Shown: one piece after another, positions 1 to 9,265 of the stretch
How positions within the stretch are numbered: position 1 is the stretch's first letter
Layout: each line of letters starts with the position of its first letter
IMG/VR virus record: IMGVR_UViG_3300033148_005363
Span: 22,605 to 86,604 of that record
Source of the DNA: a virus
Reading direction: 5' to 3' (one strand)
DNA: 64,000 bases
The notes under the pieces: generated by a model
The model's input: only the letters and a program-made list of their open reading frames with translations
What the model was told of the DNA's origin: nothing
Database searches by the model: none
Program-made: the position numbers and the translations under genes

Positions 1-276
1 CAATTTCAGGAGCATCGGCTTGCTGAGCCCCAATTTTCCACCGCCGGGGATCTTGTAGACCCAGCCATCTTTCACGCCCAACGACGGCACGGATACGGTG
101 GTCACCGCGGGGGCAAACATCGGAGGGCATCGCTGCAACATCGCTGGGGTCACCAGGATATTGTGATTCGCCTCCATGCTCTTCCGCACCCGCGTCAACG
201 CCTCGCGTACCGGGTCGGCGAGTACCAACTCCATCCCCTCCATCTCCCGCTCTGGCCCCTTGGTCTGATCGTTCAC
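1..276 (-). CDS. hypothetical protein running off the window edge; possibly recombination-related
   Basis: GTG at 276 overlaps the TGA of the upstream gene (GTGA) with SD GGAGG; frame is open to base 1 (MNDQTKGPEREMEGMELVLADPVREAL...KIPGGGKLGLSKPMLLKL). Confidence 0.6.
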   Translation of the reverse strand, partial: MNDQTKGPEREMEGMELVLADPVREALTRVRKSMEANHNILVTPAMLQRCPPMFAPAVTTVSVPSLGVKDGWVYKIPGGGKLGLSKPMLLKL

Positions 277-1145
277 TTGGATCCCTCCCGCTTGATAAGT
301 TTCGTGGCCGGCAGACGCTCCGTCACCTGCTCGTGCAAACGACAGACGCTCTGGAACTCGCACTTCCCGAGAAGGGTCATGCACTGGAATCCGCGGATCT
401 TCCGCTCGATCGCGTCCTCGTAGAACGCCGCAGCCTTGATCGCTTCCGAATGCTCTTCAGCCGTGACCGTCCGATCTGCCTCCGTCACGCCGCCGCCCAT
501 GGTCCGCAGGATCCCGATCCCGTGGATACTCCAGCACCCGAGGAAACCCGCAGTCAGGACCGGCCCGAAGCCCTCAATGAGGAGCGCCTCACTTCCCGTC
601 CGGTTGATCGGGCCGATGATGTAGATGTCCTTCGTGTCGTCGGTGAAGGCTGCCACCCGCGCCTGGATCTTCTGCGTCCGTCCGCCCGCGCAGGCAAACT
701 CCCAATCGCTCTTCCAGCCGAAGTGAACATCGCCGGGGTGACGACTGGCAATGGTGACCACCTGCTGAGCGAGGGTGTCCACCATGCCCGCAAGGCAATC
801 GTATACCGCTTCCACGCTCTTCTCCACGCCCCGGCCCGAAAGGTTGCGGAGCGCGCGGCCCTTCTCTGCGATCATCACGTGCGCTCCGTGGCCAAGGTCA
901 CAGAAGTGCCCCCTGATCGTTTTGTCGCCGACGTGGCTGAGAAATTCCAAATCCTCGTCGGGGTCATCGAGGTCGCCGCCTTCGCGGTTTTCCTCGTACG
1001 CGTCCAGCATGGCCCACGTCGCCTGTTCGAAGACCCGGTTCATCCATGCCCCGACCGTCTCCTCCGCGCGCTGGTACTCGCTCATGAACGCCGCCGCACG
1101 CGGGCACTCCGCCGCCCGATCCAAGACTCCAAACGTCAACCTCAT
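273..1145 (-). CDS. Cas4/RecB-like PD-(D/E)XK-fold protein, catalytic motif apparently degenerate
   Basis: N-terminal ECPR and C-terminal C-x6-C-x5-C (CMTLLGKCEFQSVC), similar to the Cas4/AddB Fe-S cysteine layout; SD GAGGAGG. Confidence 0.5.
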   Translation of the reverse strand: MRLTFGVLDRAAECPRAAAFMSEYQRAEETVGAWMNRVFEQATWAMLDAYEENREGGDLDDPDEDLEFLSHVGDKTIRGHFCDLGHGAHVMIAEKGRALRNLSGRGVEKSVEAVYDCLAGMVDTLAQQVVTIASRHPGDVHFGWKSDWEFACAGGRTQKIQARVAAFTDDTKDIYIIGPINRTGSEALLIEGFGPVLTAGFLGCWSIHGIGILRTMGGGVTEADRTVTAEEHSEAIKAAAFYEDAIERKIRGFQCMTLLGKCEFQSVCRLHEQVTERLPATKLIKREGSK

Positions 1146-1286
1146 CGGTCCCTCCTCTTGACAGTTCTGTTGGTGATGCGATACAAGAAGTACATCGAAG
1201 ACGATCCCCTGTCGTCTACGAAGCCCAAGCGCCTCGGGTGCCCTCCAGCCCCGGGGCGCTTACGCGTCTGGCCTCTTCACGGGGAC

Positions 1287-1346
1287 CACCGTAGACCCAG
1301 CAGCGAACCCATGTCAAGGGAAATTCGTCGATCCGTTCGTCGAATT
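1287..1346 (-). promoter_or_regulatory. putative sigma70-type promoter (TTGACA...TACGGT) with TTCGTCGA repeats upstream
   Basis: Minus strand reads aaattcgacgaacggatcgacgaatttccc-TTGACA-tgggttcgctgctgggtc-TACGGT in the gap after the structural module. Confidence 0.5.
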
Positions 1347-1359
1347 TTGAGGAGGGGGA

Positions 1360-2055
1360 TTACTTGGCGAGGTAGAAGATCAGGACGGACAGGCCAGCGC
1401 CGGCAGCGACGCCCACGCCCGTTTCCAGCCAGCCCCAGCGGAATCCCCCAACGAGCGGGGACGGCGGGGGCTCTATATCCAAGCACTCGTCCAGGTTCTT
1501 CCGGCAGGACTTCAGCCGCTCCTGGCCAGCGTAAATCTTCTCCACATCGCGCCGGTGGAATCCGAAGACCTCCGCGGGCGTCACCAGTTCCCCGGCCCGC
1601 AACAGGTACGGTGCAAAGTAGTCCGCGGGGGTGGGCACCTCGTCCAGAACCACCACCGGGTCCGCAGGAGCCTCCGTAACGGCCTCCGGGGTTGGCGGGT
1701 CCATCGGATCAGCCACGGCCGGAACGGACGACAGGACCACCGAAGCGGCAACCAAGGCACCCAAGATGAAGGCGATCGCACCAGCGGGGCCGTCCAGGTT
1801 GCCCTTCACCGCGTTCAGCAATTCCTCCGAACTCATCCGCCCGGCGGCCGCTTCTGCCTGCGCACCAGCCGCCTCGTGCTCCGCTGCCACACGCCCCTTC
1901 TCCGCTACGTTGACGCGGGCCGCTGCGCGTCGAGCACGGACCGTCATAACGATCACCAGCACCACCAAGCCCACAGCGAACAGGGACAACACCACGATCG
2001 CCGCGATGGTCCCTGCGCTGCCAGCGGACGCGGCCAAGCTCACCAGATCACCCAT
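1360..2055 (-). CDS. multi-TM membrane protein, possible lysis accessory (spanin-like)
   Basis: N-terminal TM, Ala-rich coiled segment, second TM, Cys pair and C-terminal TM; last gene of the late operon. Confidence 0.45.
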   Translation of the reverse strand: MGDLVSLAASAGSAGTIAAIVVLSLFAVGLVVLVIVMTVRARRAAARVNVAEKGRVAAEHEAAGAQAEAAAGRMSSEELLNAVKGNLDGPAGAIAFILGALVAASVVLSSVPAVADPMDPPTPEAVTEAPADPVVVLDEVPTPADYFAPYLLRAGELVTPAEVFGFHRRDVEKIYAGQERLKSCRKNLDECLDIEPPPSPLVGGFRWGWLETGVGVAAGAGLSVLIFYLAK

Positions 2056-2971
2056 CGTCCGCGGCCTCGTCCTTCTTCGCGCTGGCCTTCGTGATCGCCG
2101 CGTAGACCACAGCGATCCCGCCGCCCCCAGCCAAGCCCTTCACCAGGGATCCCACCACGTCACCGCCCACGGCGATCGCTACCAGGATCCCCAGGACCAC
2201 AGCTAGGCCGATCGGGATCACGCGGTACCACCCCGGCGAAATCCATTTTCCAAGGCCGTCACGCACCGGGCGCAGACGGAACACAGCGAACAGCACGAAG
2301 AAGGCCCCCAGCGTGATCGCCAGCGCGTCCTTGTCCTTGATCGCCTGCAACAGCGTCCCCGTCGCGCTCATGACCTCTTCCGCTGTAGCGTCTGACTCGG
2401 GGTCCGGTATGGCGGGGGGGAGTTCGTCTTCGGGGGCCGCGTCTTCCAGGATCGTAATCGTCGCTGGCCCGCCTTCTGGCATCGGGAGCGGGGGCTCTGC
2501 TTCCGCTTCGACCGCGGGGACTGGCTCCCCGATTGGCAGGGCCTCCCTTACTTCGCCGTCCGGAGCCTCGTCTTCCAGCACCGCGGCCTCCATCGCCGCC
2601 GCCTCTTCCGCCCGCTCGCTGGCCTCCGCCGTGCTCAGGAGGAGCGCGCCCACGGGGACCTCCTCTTCCTCGTACGCCGCAGCCGTCTGAACGTCGTCAC
2701 CGCGCACAGGCGGCACCACGTACGCGTACCACAGCACCAGCGCGGCCAGAATCGTCATCGTCATTCCGAATCGTCGCATGATCTCCCTCCGTTGTTCTCT
2801 ACCTTTACCAACGGGCACCGACTTCGGCACCCATGCCTCGATCTCCATTGACTCCGCGCGCCCAAGCGCTTTCGTCAGCGCCTCCCACGTGGACCGCATC
2901 CGAAAATGCCGGGACTCCACCACGATCACCAAGGCCCCGAAGGCGATGCAGTACAGAATTGTCCAGAGCAT
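2048..2971 (-). CDS. membrane protein, holin-like C-terminal TMs (possible internal start at 2779)
   Basis: Several hydrophobic helices and an acidic linker; strong SD GGAGGGAG before the ATG at 2779. Confidence 0.5.
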   Translation of the reverse strand: MLWTILYCIAFGALVIVVESRHFRMRSTWEALTKALGRAESMEIEAWVPKSVPVGKGREQRREIMRRFGMTMTILAALVLWYAYVVPPVRGDDVQTAAAYEEEEVPVGALLLSTAEASERAEEAAAMEAAVLEDEAPDGEVREALPIGEPVPAVEAEAEPPLPMPEGGPATITILEDAAPEDELPPAIPDPESDATAEEVMSATGTLLQAIKDKDALAITLGAFFVLFAVFRLRPVRDGLGKWISPGWYRVIPIGLAVVLGILVAIAVGGDVVGSLVKGLAGGGGIAVVYAAITKASAKKDEAADDG

Positions 2972-3270
2972 CAGGGATCCTCCTTCTCACCAGCGGCGAT
3001 CCGCCGGATTCGTTCCAGCGCCACAGGGTCGTTCTTCGCGCATTTCAGCGCAGCCATGATTTCCACCACGGCCAAAGTGCGCTGGCTCACGTCGATCAGT
3101 TGTTGAAGCAGGGGTTGCACTCGCCACAGAAGGTAGACCGCTACCGCTGCCGGAAACCCCACCGTTTGAAAGAATTGCCCGATCTCCTGAAGGTCCACGT
3201 CCGCTTCTCCCGCTGCTGCTGCTGCGCTGTTGTCCCGTCCGTGAATGCACAGGGCACCTTCCTTGGTCAC
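2971..3270 (-). CDS. small holin-like / YvrJ-like membrane protein
   Basis: IGQFFQTVGFPAAVAVYLLWRV motif followed by a coiled segment; lies directly after the tail fibre. Confidence 0.5.
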   Translation of the reverse strand: MTKEGALCIHGRDNSAAAAAGEADVDLQEIGQFFQTVGFPAAVAVYLLWRVQPLLQQLIDVSQRTLAVVEIMAALKCAKNDPVALERIRRIAAGEKEDP

Positions 3271-3273
3271 CGA

Positions 3274-5691
3274 TTACTGATCCTGGAACACCACGAAGCT
3301 GAAATCCTCGTCAACGTACGAGATGTCCACAGCCCCGGCTGTGTCGTTGATCTTCCGCAGTTTCACCACGATCGGGTTCGTCAGAGGGTCAGTCACGCAG
3401 GCCATGATCGCGTCCTTCTCCGTCCCGCGGTCGCTGCATGTCACCACCACGGCGCGTCCTGTCATCGCCGCGCCCGCGTCTATGTCCAGCACGATAGAGT
3501 AGGTCCCGACTGCCGTGTTTGTCACGCTCAACACGTTGAAGTGCCCGCCGGTAATTCCTCCGGCGGCAGCGCACTGAGCCCAGGCCGTGGCGATCCGGCG
3601 CTTGCTTACGTGGTTGCGTTGAGTTACATTGAGAGGCACTTCCAGATCCCGATCCAGTTGCACATAGTCGCAGGCCAGCCCAGTCCACGCCCCGGCCAAC
3701 TTCGCCTGCCACTGCATCCCGCTCCACGATGCCACGTCGTCCTGCGTTCCCAGGGTGAATACATCCGCGTCCATGGTGGACTTCGCAGCAAACAGCCCTT
3801 TCTCCGCGTAGAAGGCATAACCAGCGTCCGTCCGCGTCTTGCCCCAGAACGGCACTGGATCGTTTGAGGTAGCCGCCGAATGGTCAACTTTGATTCCGGC
3901 CTTCGTAGAATCGCCAGCAGCGACGCGGCTGGTCAGCACGATCGAATCCTGTGCCGGATCCATCTCGCCAGACAGGAGTAGCCCGTTCCCGTTCTGCGCC
4001 AGCCGCACCAGAGCGGTAAACGTGTCCGCCGAATCGCTGGCGTACATGCTCAGGCCGTACGTGGTGGAATCGTCCACCTCGATAGCCAGACCGCCAATCC
4101 CGGCTGTCCCGGCCCGGAGAGTTCCAAGGTTGCCAGTCCCGCCGACCACGTCGAAGAACTGTCCGCCGACCACGTTAGCGTAGATCCCCGTCCCGTCCTT
4201 CGGAAGCAGGTGCAGGGCCTCGTAGCCGTTCGCCCCAGCGTCGTTGTTCTCCAGCCACGCCCCATAGGACGCTGTAGCGTACTGAGCGCTTCTGGTGAGG
4301 GCATGGAACGCGTAACCCTTGTCCGGATCCTCCGCAAAGGGGGACTCGTCCGCAACTGACACGCCCCAACTGGAACTGGCCGAATCCGCCCCCCGGTTCA
4401 CCACCTTCACGCCGAACGGATTATCAGCATTCAACCCACCGAAGAAGGCATTGACCGCCGTGCCCTTCGCTGTGGATGCCAGCAACGCCACGGACAGATC
4501 CGAAGGTGTGCCCACGTAGCAGGATAGCGCCGACGGGTCTCCGCCGTCGTCGAACAGATTGTAGACCAGTCCGGCATACGCGTCCGAGTTCCCCTGGACA
4601 CTGAAAAAGCTACCGACGTTCGCCGCGTTGTCCGCCTGCGTCAGCAGCAGCCCGCCGTCCGCCGCCGGGGAGAACGCCAAGGTAGAGAACGTGCCAGCGC
4701 CAGCCCCGTCGTCGCCGCGCACGTACAACTGCCCAGCCGTCTTCCACAATTGGATATCGCCAGCCACCGGGGCCTGGTTCGTGCTGGGGTCCACCATCAG
4801 GCCGGAGAACCGCACGTCCGTGTCCCACATCGCAGCCCCGGCCACCAAGCCGTCCACCACCCCGTCGATCTCGTCCAGCGCTCCCTGCACCTCCGTCGCC
4901 GCCAAGCCCGAAGCCGCGTTGTCGAAATCAATGTCGTCCGCGTCGTGGTGGTCCCCCGTGCCGTCGAGGTGCCCCGTCATCCAGTCATCGATCTCGGCAA
5001 GTGCGTCGCTCACGCTCGGCCCCGTCGCGTCGCTGAACCCCGTCGTCGGGAAGTTGGTGAAAACCCCGTTGTCCTTCAGGGTAATCGCGCTGTCGTACCC
5101 CAGACGAAGGAGTTGTGTCCGATCGAATTCGATGTCGCCAGCCGCGATGGTCAGGTCGTTCCAATGCAGGAGAACATCGCACAGGACCACCCGATCCGTC
5201 GGCACGCTGGGTTTCACCGCAAAACCGATCAGTGCCTCAGCGCCCTGGTACACCTCGTACACGACCCCGGGGTCACGCTGGTAGTAGACCGTGTCCCCGT
5301 TGCCGTCCACGCGCGGATCCGAGAGGACCCAATCGAACGCCGCGCAAACAGCAATGTACTTTTCGTTTACGTTCAGGAGGACCGCCGTGGGAGTCCCCTG
5401 GTAGTCCTCCGAACAGTCAATGTTGATCACGAGAGACGGATCGTAGAGGAAGTTCCCGTCCACGTCCCACGCCCGCAGCGGACCCGGAACATCGATGGTC
5501 ATGTCCTCCGGCGCGTTGGGACCCGGAACCTCGGGGGCAGCAAGGGGAGGCTCGCCAAACCAATCGCCCAGCCAAACGCCCTTAGCCTGCGTCGCCCGCA
5601 AGGTCATCAGAGCGGTCTGAGCCGCCCCGAACGCCGCATCCATCTCACCCTCAGTGACCCGCTGCCGGTAGAACCAATCGTAAAGTCGCAT
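3274..5691 (-). CDS. tail fibre / receptor-binding protein
   Basis: 805 aa, Gly/Ala/Asp-rich with beta-repeat character; HxAxxIxFDNxxSGLAATxVQxALDE motif; follows the baseplate genes. Confidence 0.75.
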   Translation of the reverse strand: MRLYDWFYRQRVTEGEMDAAFGAAQTALMTLRATQAKGVWLGDWFGEPPLAAPEVPGPNAPEDMTIDVPGPLRAWDVDGNFLYDPSLVINIDCSEDYQGTPTAVLLNVNEKYIAVCAAFDWVLSDPRVDGNGDTVYYQRDPGVVYEVYQGAEALIGFAVKPSVPTDRVVLCDVLLHWNDLTIAAGDIEFDRTQLLRLGYDSAITLKDNGVFTNFPTTGFSDATGPSVSDALAEIDDWMTGHLDGTGDHHDADDIDFDNAASGLAATEVQGALDEIDGVVDGLVAGAAMWDTDVRFSGLMVDPSTNQAPVAGDIQLWKTAGQLYVRGDDGAGAGTFSTLAFSPAADGGLLLTQADNAANVGSFFSVQGNSDAYAGLVYNLFDDGGDPSALSCYVGTPSDLSVALLASTAKGTAVNAFFGGLNADNPFGVKVVNRGADSASSSWGVSVADESPFAEDPDKGYAFHALTRSAQYATASYGAWLENNDAGANGYEALHLLPKDGTGIYANVVGGQFFDVVGGTGNLGTLRAGTAGIGGLAIEVDDSTTYGLSMYASDSADTFTALVRLAQNGNGLLLSGEMDPAQDSIVLTSRVAAGDSTKAGIKVDHSAATSNDPVPFWGKTRTDAGYAFYAEKGLFAAKSTMDADVFTLGTQDDVASWSGMQWQAKLAGAWTGLACDYVQLDRDLEVPLNVTQRNHVSKRRIATAWAQCAAAGGITGGHFNVLSVTNTAVGTYSIVLDIDAGAAMTGRAVVVTCSDRGTEKDAIMACVTDPLTNPIVVKLRKINDTAGAVDISYVDEDFSFVVFQDQ

Positions 5692-5713
5692 GGCTATCCT
5701 CCCCAGTCCGATC

Positions 5714-7537
5714 TTAGTGGAGATCGGTATTCACGTCCAGATCCGACATTCCGAGTTCCCAGTGATCCACGTCCTCCGGGACAGCGGGCTCAATGAAGTT
5801 CACGAAGTGCTCCTCCGCCCGCTTCATCCAATTCACTACCCATCGGACTTTCTTCTTCGTCTCCGCGTCCAGTACCACCGGCACCTCGAGGCCGAAGGAG
5901 AACTTCCCCTTCAGCCCGCTTGGTCCCAGAATCCACTCGTCTGTCCCCAACTCCGAACCGTCCCCCACCCCAGCGTCACCGCCCCAGGATCCGAGGGTCA
6001 TTGTCGTCGTCAGTGACGGCACCACGGTTACCGGATCGAGGTCGAACAGGAACCGCACCGCCGCCTCGATCCCCGCAGCGACCCCCTTCATGGAGTAGAA
6101 ATACCAGAGGTTCACGGCCAGGATCCGCTTCTTCGCCACGTCGAGGCCCAGCCAATGGAACGGATTTCCCATGTCAGCCAAGATCAGATCCAGCCACTCC
6201 TCCGGCGCCGTATCGGGATCCTCAAGGACAGCAGGGTACGAATCGGCCAGCATCATCCCGATGTCAAACTGATCCTGAAGGACGCCGAAGATCCGCCGCA
6301 AGTCACCCGAGATGTCGTCACCGCGCCGGTCCTCTTCGTTCGCTGCCCGCAGGTACAGGTTGTAATGCGGTCGCCGACCCAGCACCGTGAACTGCATCTG
6401 CCCCGCGTCGAGCCCCGAAAGCACCGCCTCGTCCGACACCAGAAGGTCCGGGATCGAAGCGGGGTCACCAGACAAAACGGTGTTCGGCACCGGATACGCG
6501 AGGTCCACGATGTTCTCGCAATTGAGCACGTAGAGGCCGTCAGGTGAAAGGTACGCGTCAAGCGTGAGCAGGAAGCCCGTGGCGCTCGTCGCCAACACGC
6601 TCGCCACCGTCGGCTCATTGGCGGGGATATACCGATCGGTCTGGAGTTGCGGCACCCCCGTGATCACCCAGTTAGCAGGGTTCAGCGCGTCGGTTGCTCC
6701 CCCCGCGTCCTCAGCTAGCACCGCCTCAGACATCTCGACCCGGATCATCGTGAGCCCGTCGGACGCCACGGATGTCGGAACGGGCGCCGTTTCCTCCGCA
6801 GTGCTGAATCGCCACGTGTACGACGTGAGCGCGCCCACCACGGGGAGGATCTCCAGCACCACCTCCACGTCCTCATCGGGGTCGAACGCCACGACGCGCC
6901 GGAACGTGAACCGGACACCGCTCCCGGGCAGGGTATCCTCGTACCCCTCCCAGCCCGCTTCCCAGGCCAGCCCGTTGCGAACGATCACCCCGTTCACCGT
7001 CACCACCGTGTCGGCAAGCGAGATCCCTGTGCTGTGGAATGCCTCAAAAGAAATCCAAGTCGCCTTGTCCGCGAATGGGGAATTCGACTCAGGGGTCTCG
7101 TTCAGGATCACAGGGGTCGCAGCCCCCGGGTTGGATTCGGTTACGCGCCCCAAGAAGAGAGACGGGAGGAAGTGGTCCTCAGCAGCGTCCAATTCCACGC
7201 CCAAGAAGTTCGCAGTGTCACCCGCCCCGCCTGCCACGGGATCACCCGCCGCGCTCCAGATGGTACCGCTCGCCTCAGCCTGGTACCCCACCCCGTCAGC
7301 AAGCGCCCCGTCAAACGTGATCCTGAAGTGCTGCCCGTCCCCGAAGTCCGGGTCCTCACCCACTGCCAGGATAGTCAGCCCGGCAACAGGGAGCCCCGTC
7401 GCCAGCACCAAAACCCGCCAACTCGACACGGCCAACGCCGAATGATCCCCCTGTGTCTCCATCGCCTGATCGAATGCCACGAGCACCAAGTCGGTGGGCG
7501 TGCCGTGAACAGCCGATGTAAGTAGGGGGTTCGCCAT
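5714..7537 (-). CDS. baseplate wedge protein (P2 gpI-like C-terminus, Ig-like N-terminal domains)
   Basis: DPDTAPEEWLDLILADMG...YSMKGVAAGIEAAVRFLF motif typical of tail protein I. Confidence 0.7.
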   Translation of the reverse strand: MANPLLTSAVHGTPTDLVLVAFDQAMETQGDHSALAVSSWRVLVLATGLPVAGLTILAVGEDPDFGDGQHFRITFDGALADGVGYQAEASGTIWSAAGDPVAGGAGDTANFLGVELDAAEDHFLPSLFLGRVTESNPGAATPVILNETPESNSPFADKATWISFEAFHSTGISLADTVVTVNGVIVRNGLAWEAGWEGYEDTLPGSGVRFTFRRVVAFDPDEDVEVVLEILPVVGALTSYTWRFSTAEETAPVPTSVASDGLTMIRVEMSEAVLAEDAGGATDALNPANWVITGVPQLQTDRYIPANEPTVASVLATSATGFLLTLDAYLSPDGLYVLNCENIVDLAYPVPNTVLSGDPASIPDLLVSDEAVLSGLDAGQMQFTVLGRRPHYNLYLRAANEEDRRGDDISGDLRRIFGVLQDQFDIGMMLADSYPAVLEDPDTAPEEWLDLILADMGNPFHWLGLDVAKKRILAVNLWYFYSMKGVAAGIEAAVRFLFDLDPVTVVPSLTTTMTLGSWGGDAGVGDGSELGTDEWILGPSGLKGKFSFGLEVPVVLDAETKKKVRWVVNWMKRAEEHFVNFIEPAVPEDVDHWELGMSDLDVNTDLH

Positions 7538-7539
7538 GT

Positions 7540-7980
7540 CTAGCCCTCAAGTTGCAGGCGCATCGTCAGATCGTGATCGCCAGCCAAGTCCTCAACGAAG
7601 ATCCCGCGCCGGGTGTAGAACCCCTCGGTCCCCGCCGCCGGCCTATGCCGGTACCGCTCTTCCCCGTCAACCAACACCACCACCGACCAAAGAAGCCCGT
7701 CCGCGTTCGCCGGGACCTGCGTGAGGTGGTACCCGAAAGAAATGGTCTCCGCGTCGGTGAGGTCCACGGTCTGTTGCACCTGGACCAACTCCCCAGCCCG
7801 GGCGGCGATCTGATCCACCGCTACCCGCCGACTTCCCATGACCATCACAAACTCGGTCTCCGGTGAACTCTCGAATGCACCGTCAGGCCCCGTACCCGCC
7901 CGCGTAGGCCATCCCGACGCGGACGCACCCATGCGCCCATGCAAAAACCCTTTCGCGTGCAGAGTGCCGGGCTGGGACAC
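7540..7980 (-). CDS. virion-associated hypothetical protein
   Basis: Tightly packed ORF with SD in the baseplate operon. Confidence 0.55.
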   Translation of the reverse strand: MSQPGTLHAKGFLHGRMGASASGWPTRAGTGPDGAFESSPETEFVMVMGSRRVAVDQIAARAGELVQVQQTVDLTDAETISFGYHLTQVPANADGLLWSVVVLVDGEERYRHRPAAGTEGFYTRRGIFVEDLAGDHDLTMRLQLEG

Positions 7981-7989
7981 GGAGGCCTC

Positions 7990-8682
7990 CTAGAGTTGAC
8001 GCGCCAGGGTGAAGTGATCGACAGCGCCGCGCCTGGTCACGTCCGTCGCCGCGAAGCCGAACCCCGATCGGCCAGTGGTGTACGGCTGGCTCCCCGTGGC
8101 GATCCCGAGCTGGTCATCCGTGAAATCAGCCATGCCATCCACGGCTGCCCATACGGGCGCGGTGACAGGATTCGCACCGAGGTCGTTCCTCCAGACCTTC
8201 AGCACCACGTCGTCGTTCGGCTGCCGGATCACGTCCAGTCGGAGGTGCGCCCATTCGTCGATGTCCACCGCGTCGTCGGACACGCGCAACACCTGCACGT
8301 CCACGGGCTCAGGGACCCCCGTGATAATGGCCCCCTTCGCCAGCACGATCTTGCTCGGGTTGCTGTCGCTCAGCCCCAGCAGATACGCGTTGTCCGACAC
8401 GTCCGGCCCCTGCGCGCAAGCGATCAAAAACGTCGAGAACCCGATAGGCCCCCCCGACGTGATCCGTTGCACGGCCCCCGTGATCTTGCAGCCCTTCGCG
8501 TGGGGCACGAAGTTCACCAAATCAGTGAAGAGTGCCACCGCCCCGGAGACAATCTCCAGACTGTTGAAGCCGTAGCAGTAGCTCCCCCCCCCGTTGGGTG
8601 GCGTGATGCCCGCCGTTGCCCCGCGGTCCAGAACGGACTGATCGAGGCTGTTGGTGAAAAATGTCCAGTCCGCTGCGCCCAT
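7990..8682 (-). CDS. virion-associated beta-sandwich protein
   Basis: Beta-rich 230 aa ORF with SD in the baseplate operon. Confidence 0.6.
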   Translation of the reverse strand: MGAADWTFFTNSLDQSVLDRGATAGITPPNGGGSYCYGFNSLEIVSGAVALFTDLVNFVPHAKGCKITGAVQRITSGGPIGFSTFLIACAQGPDVSDNAYLLGLSDSNPSKIVLAKGAIITGVPEPVDVQVLRVSDDAVDIDEWAHLRLDVIRQPNDDVVLKVWRNDLGANPVTAPVWAAVDGMADFTDDQLGIATGSQPYTTGRSGFGFAATDVTRRGAVDHFTLARQL

Positions 8683-8692
8683 GGCGTCCCCC

Positions 8693-9265
8693 TTACATCG
8701 TCGTCATTTGATCGTCCGGGTTGCCCCAGAACGTGTCGATACTGAAACTCTCCCAGAGCGAAGCGCCCTCGAAGATCGCCGCCGTCGCAGGCAGGACGCT
8801 GCCGTCCGGGGTCCGCTCAAAGTCCTCAAACACCTGCGATCCACCGTTCACGTCGTCCACGTAGAGGGCTCCGGCGATGGCAAACACCGGCTCGTCGCGC
8901 TCAAAGTCGTCGACCGGCTGGGTCCCGCCGCCTACCTCGTCCACAAACTCCGCACCCACGATGTTCACCAGGTCATCAATGAACACCGATCCCGCCGGCC
9001 ACTCAGCCTCGAAATCCTCGACCCGATCATCTGGATCGTCTGCCTCGTTCTGCGTGTACTCAGCGACGCCAGCCAGCATTGGATCGACCCAGTCCGGCAC
9101 CGAGAATGTGTCGCTGCATGTGACTACCAGATCGCCAGCGCCCGGGGGATCCGTCTCCACGTACTCAGCGCTAACCTCACCCTTCGGAATCCCCGTAAGA
9201 TCCCAGGACTCTGCGTCCCCGGGGCCGGGTCCACCGATTGACCAGTCGCCGTTTCCAACAGGCAT
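8693..9265 (-). CDS. acidic virion-associated hypothetical protein
   Basis: TGATG coupling to baseplate J; repeated (V/F)EDFE motifs. Confidence 0.6.
   Translation of the reverse strand: MPVGNGDWSIGGPGPGDAESWDLTGIPKGEVSAEYVETDPPGAGDLVVTCSDTFSVPDWVDPMLAGVAEYTQNEADDPDDRVEDFEAEWPAGSVFIDDLVNIVGAEFVDEVGGGTQPVDDFERDEPVFAIAGALYVDDVNGGSQVFEDFERTPDGSVLPATAAIFEGASLWESFSIDTFWGNPDDQMTTM

Noticed and set aside
3274-5691. Diversity-generating retroelement targeting the tail fibre
   Set aside because: No reverse transcriptase in the window and no TR/VR pair noticed.
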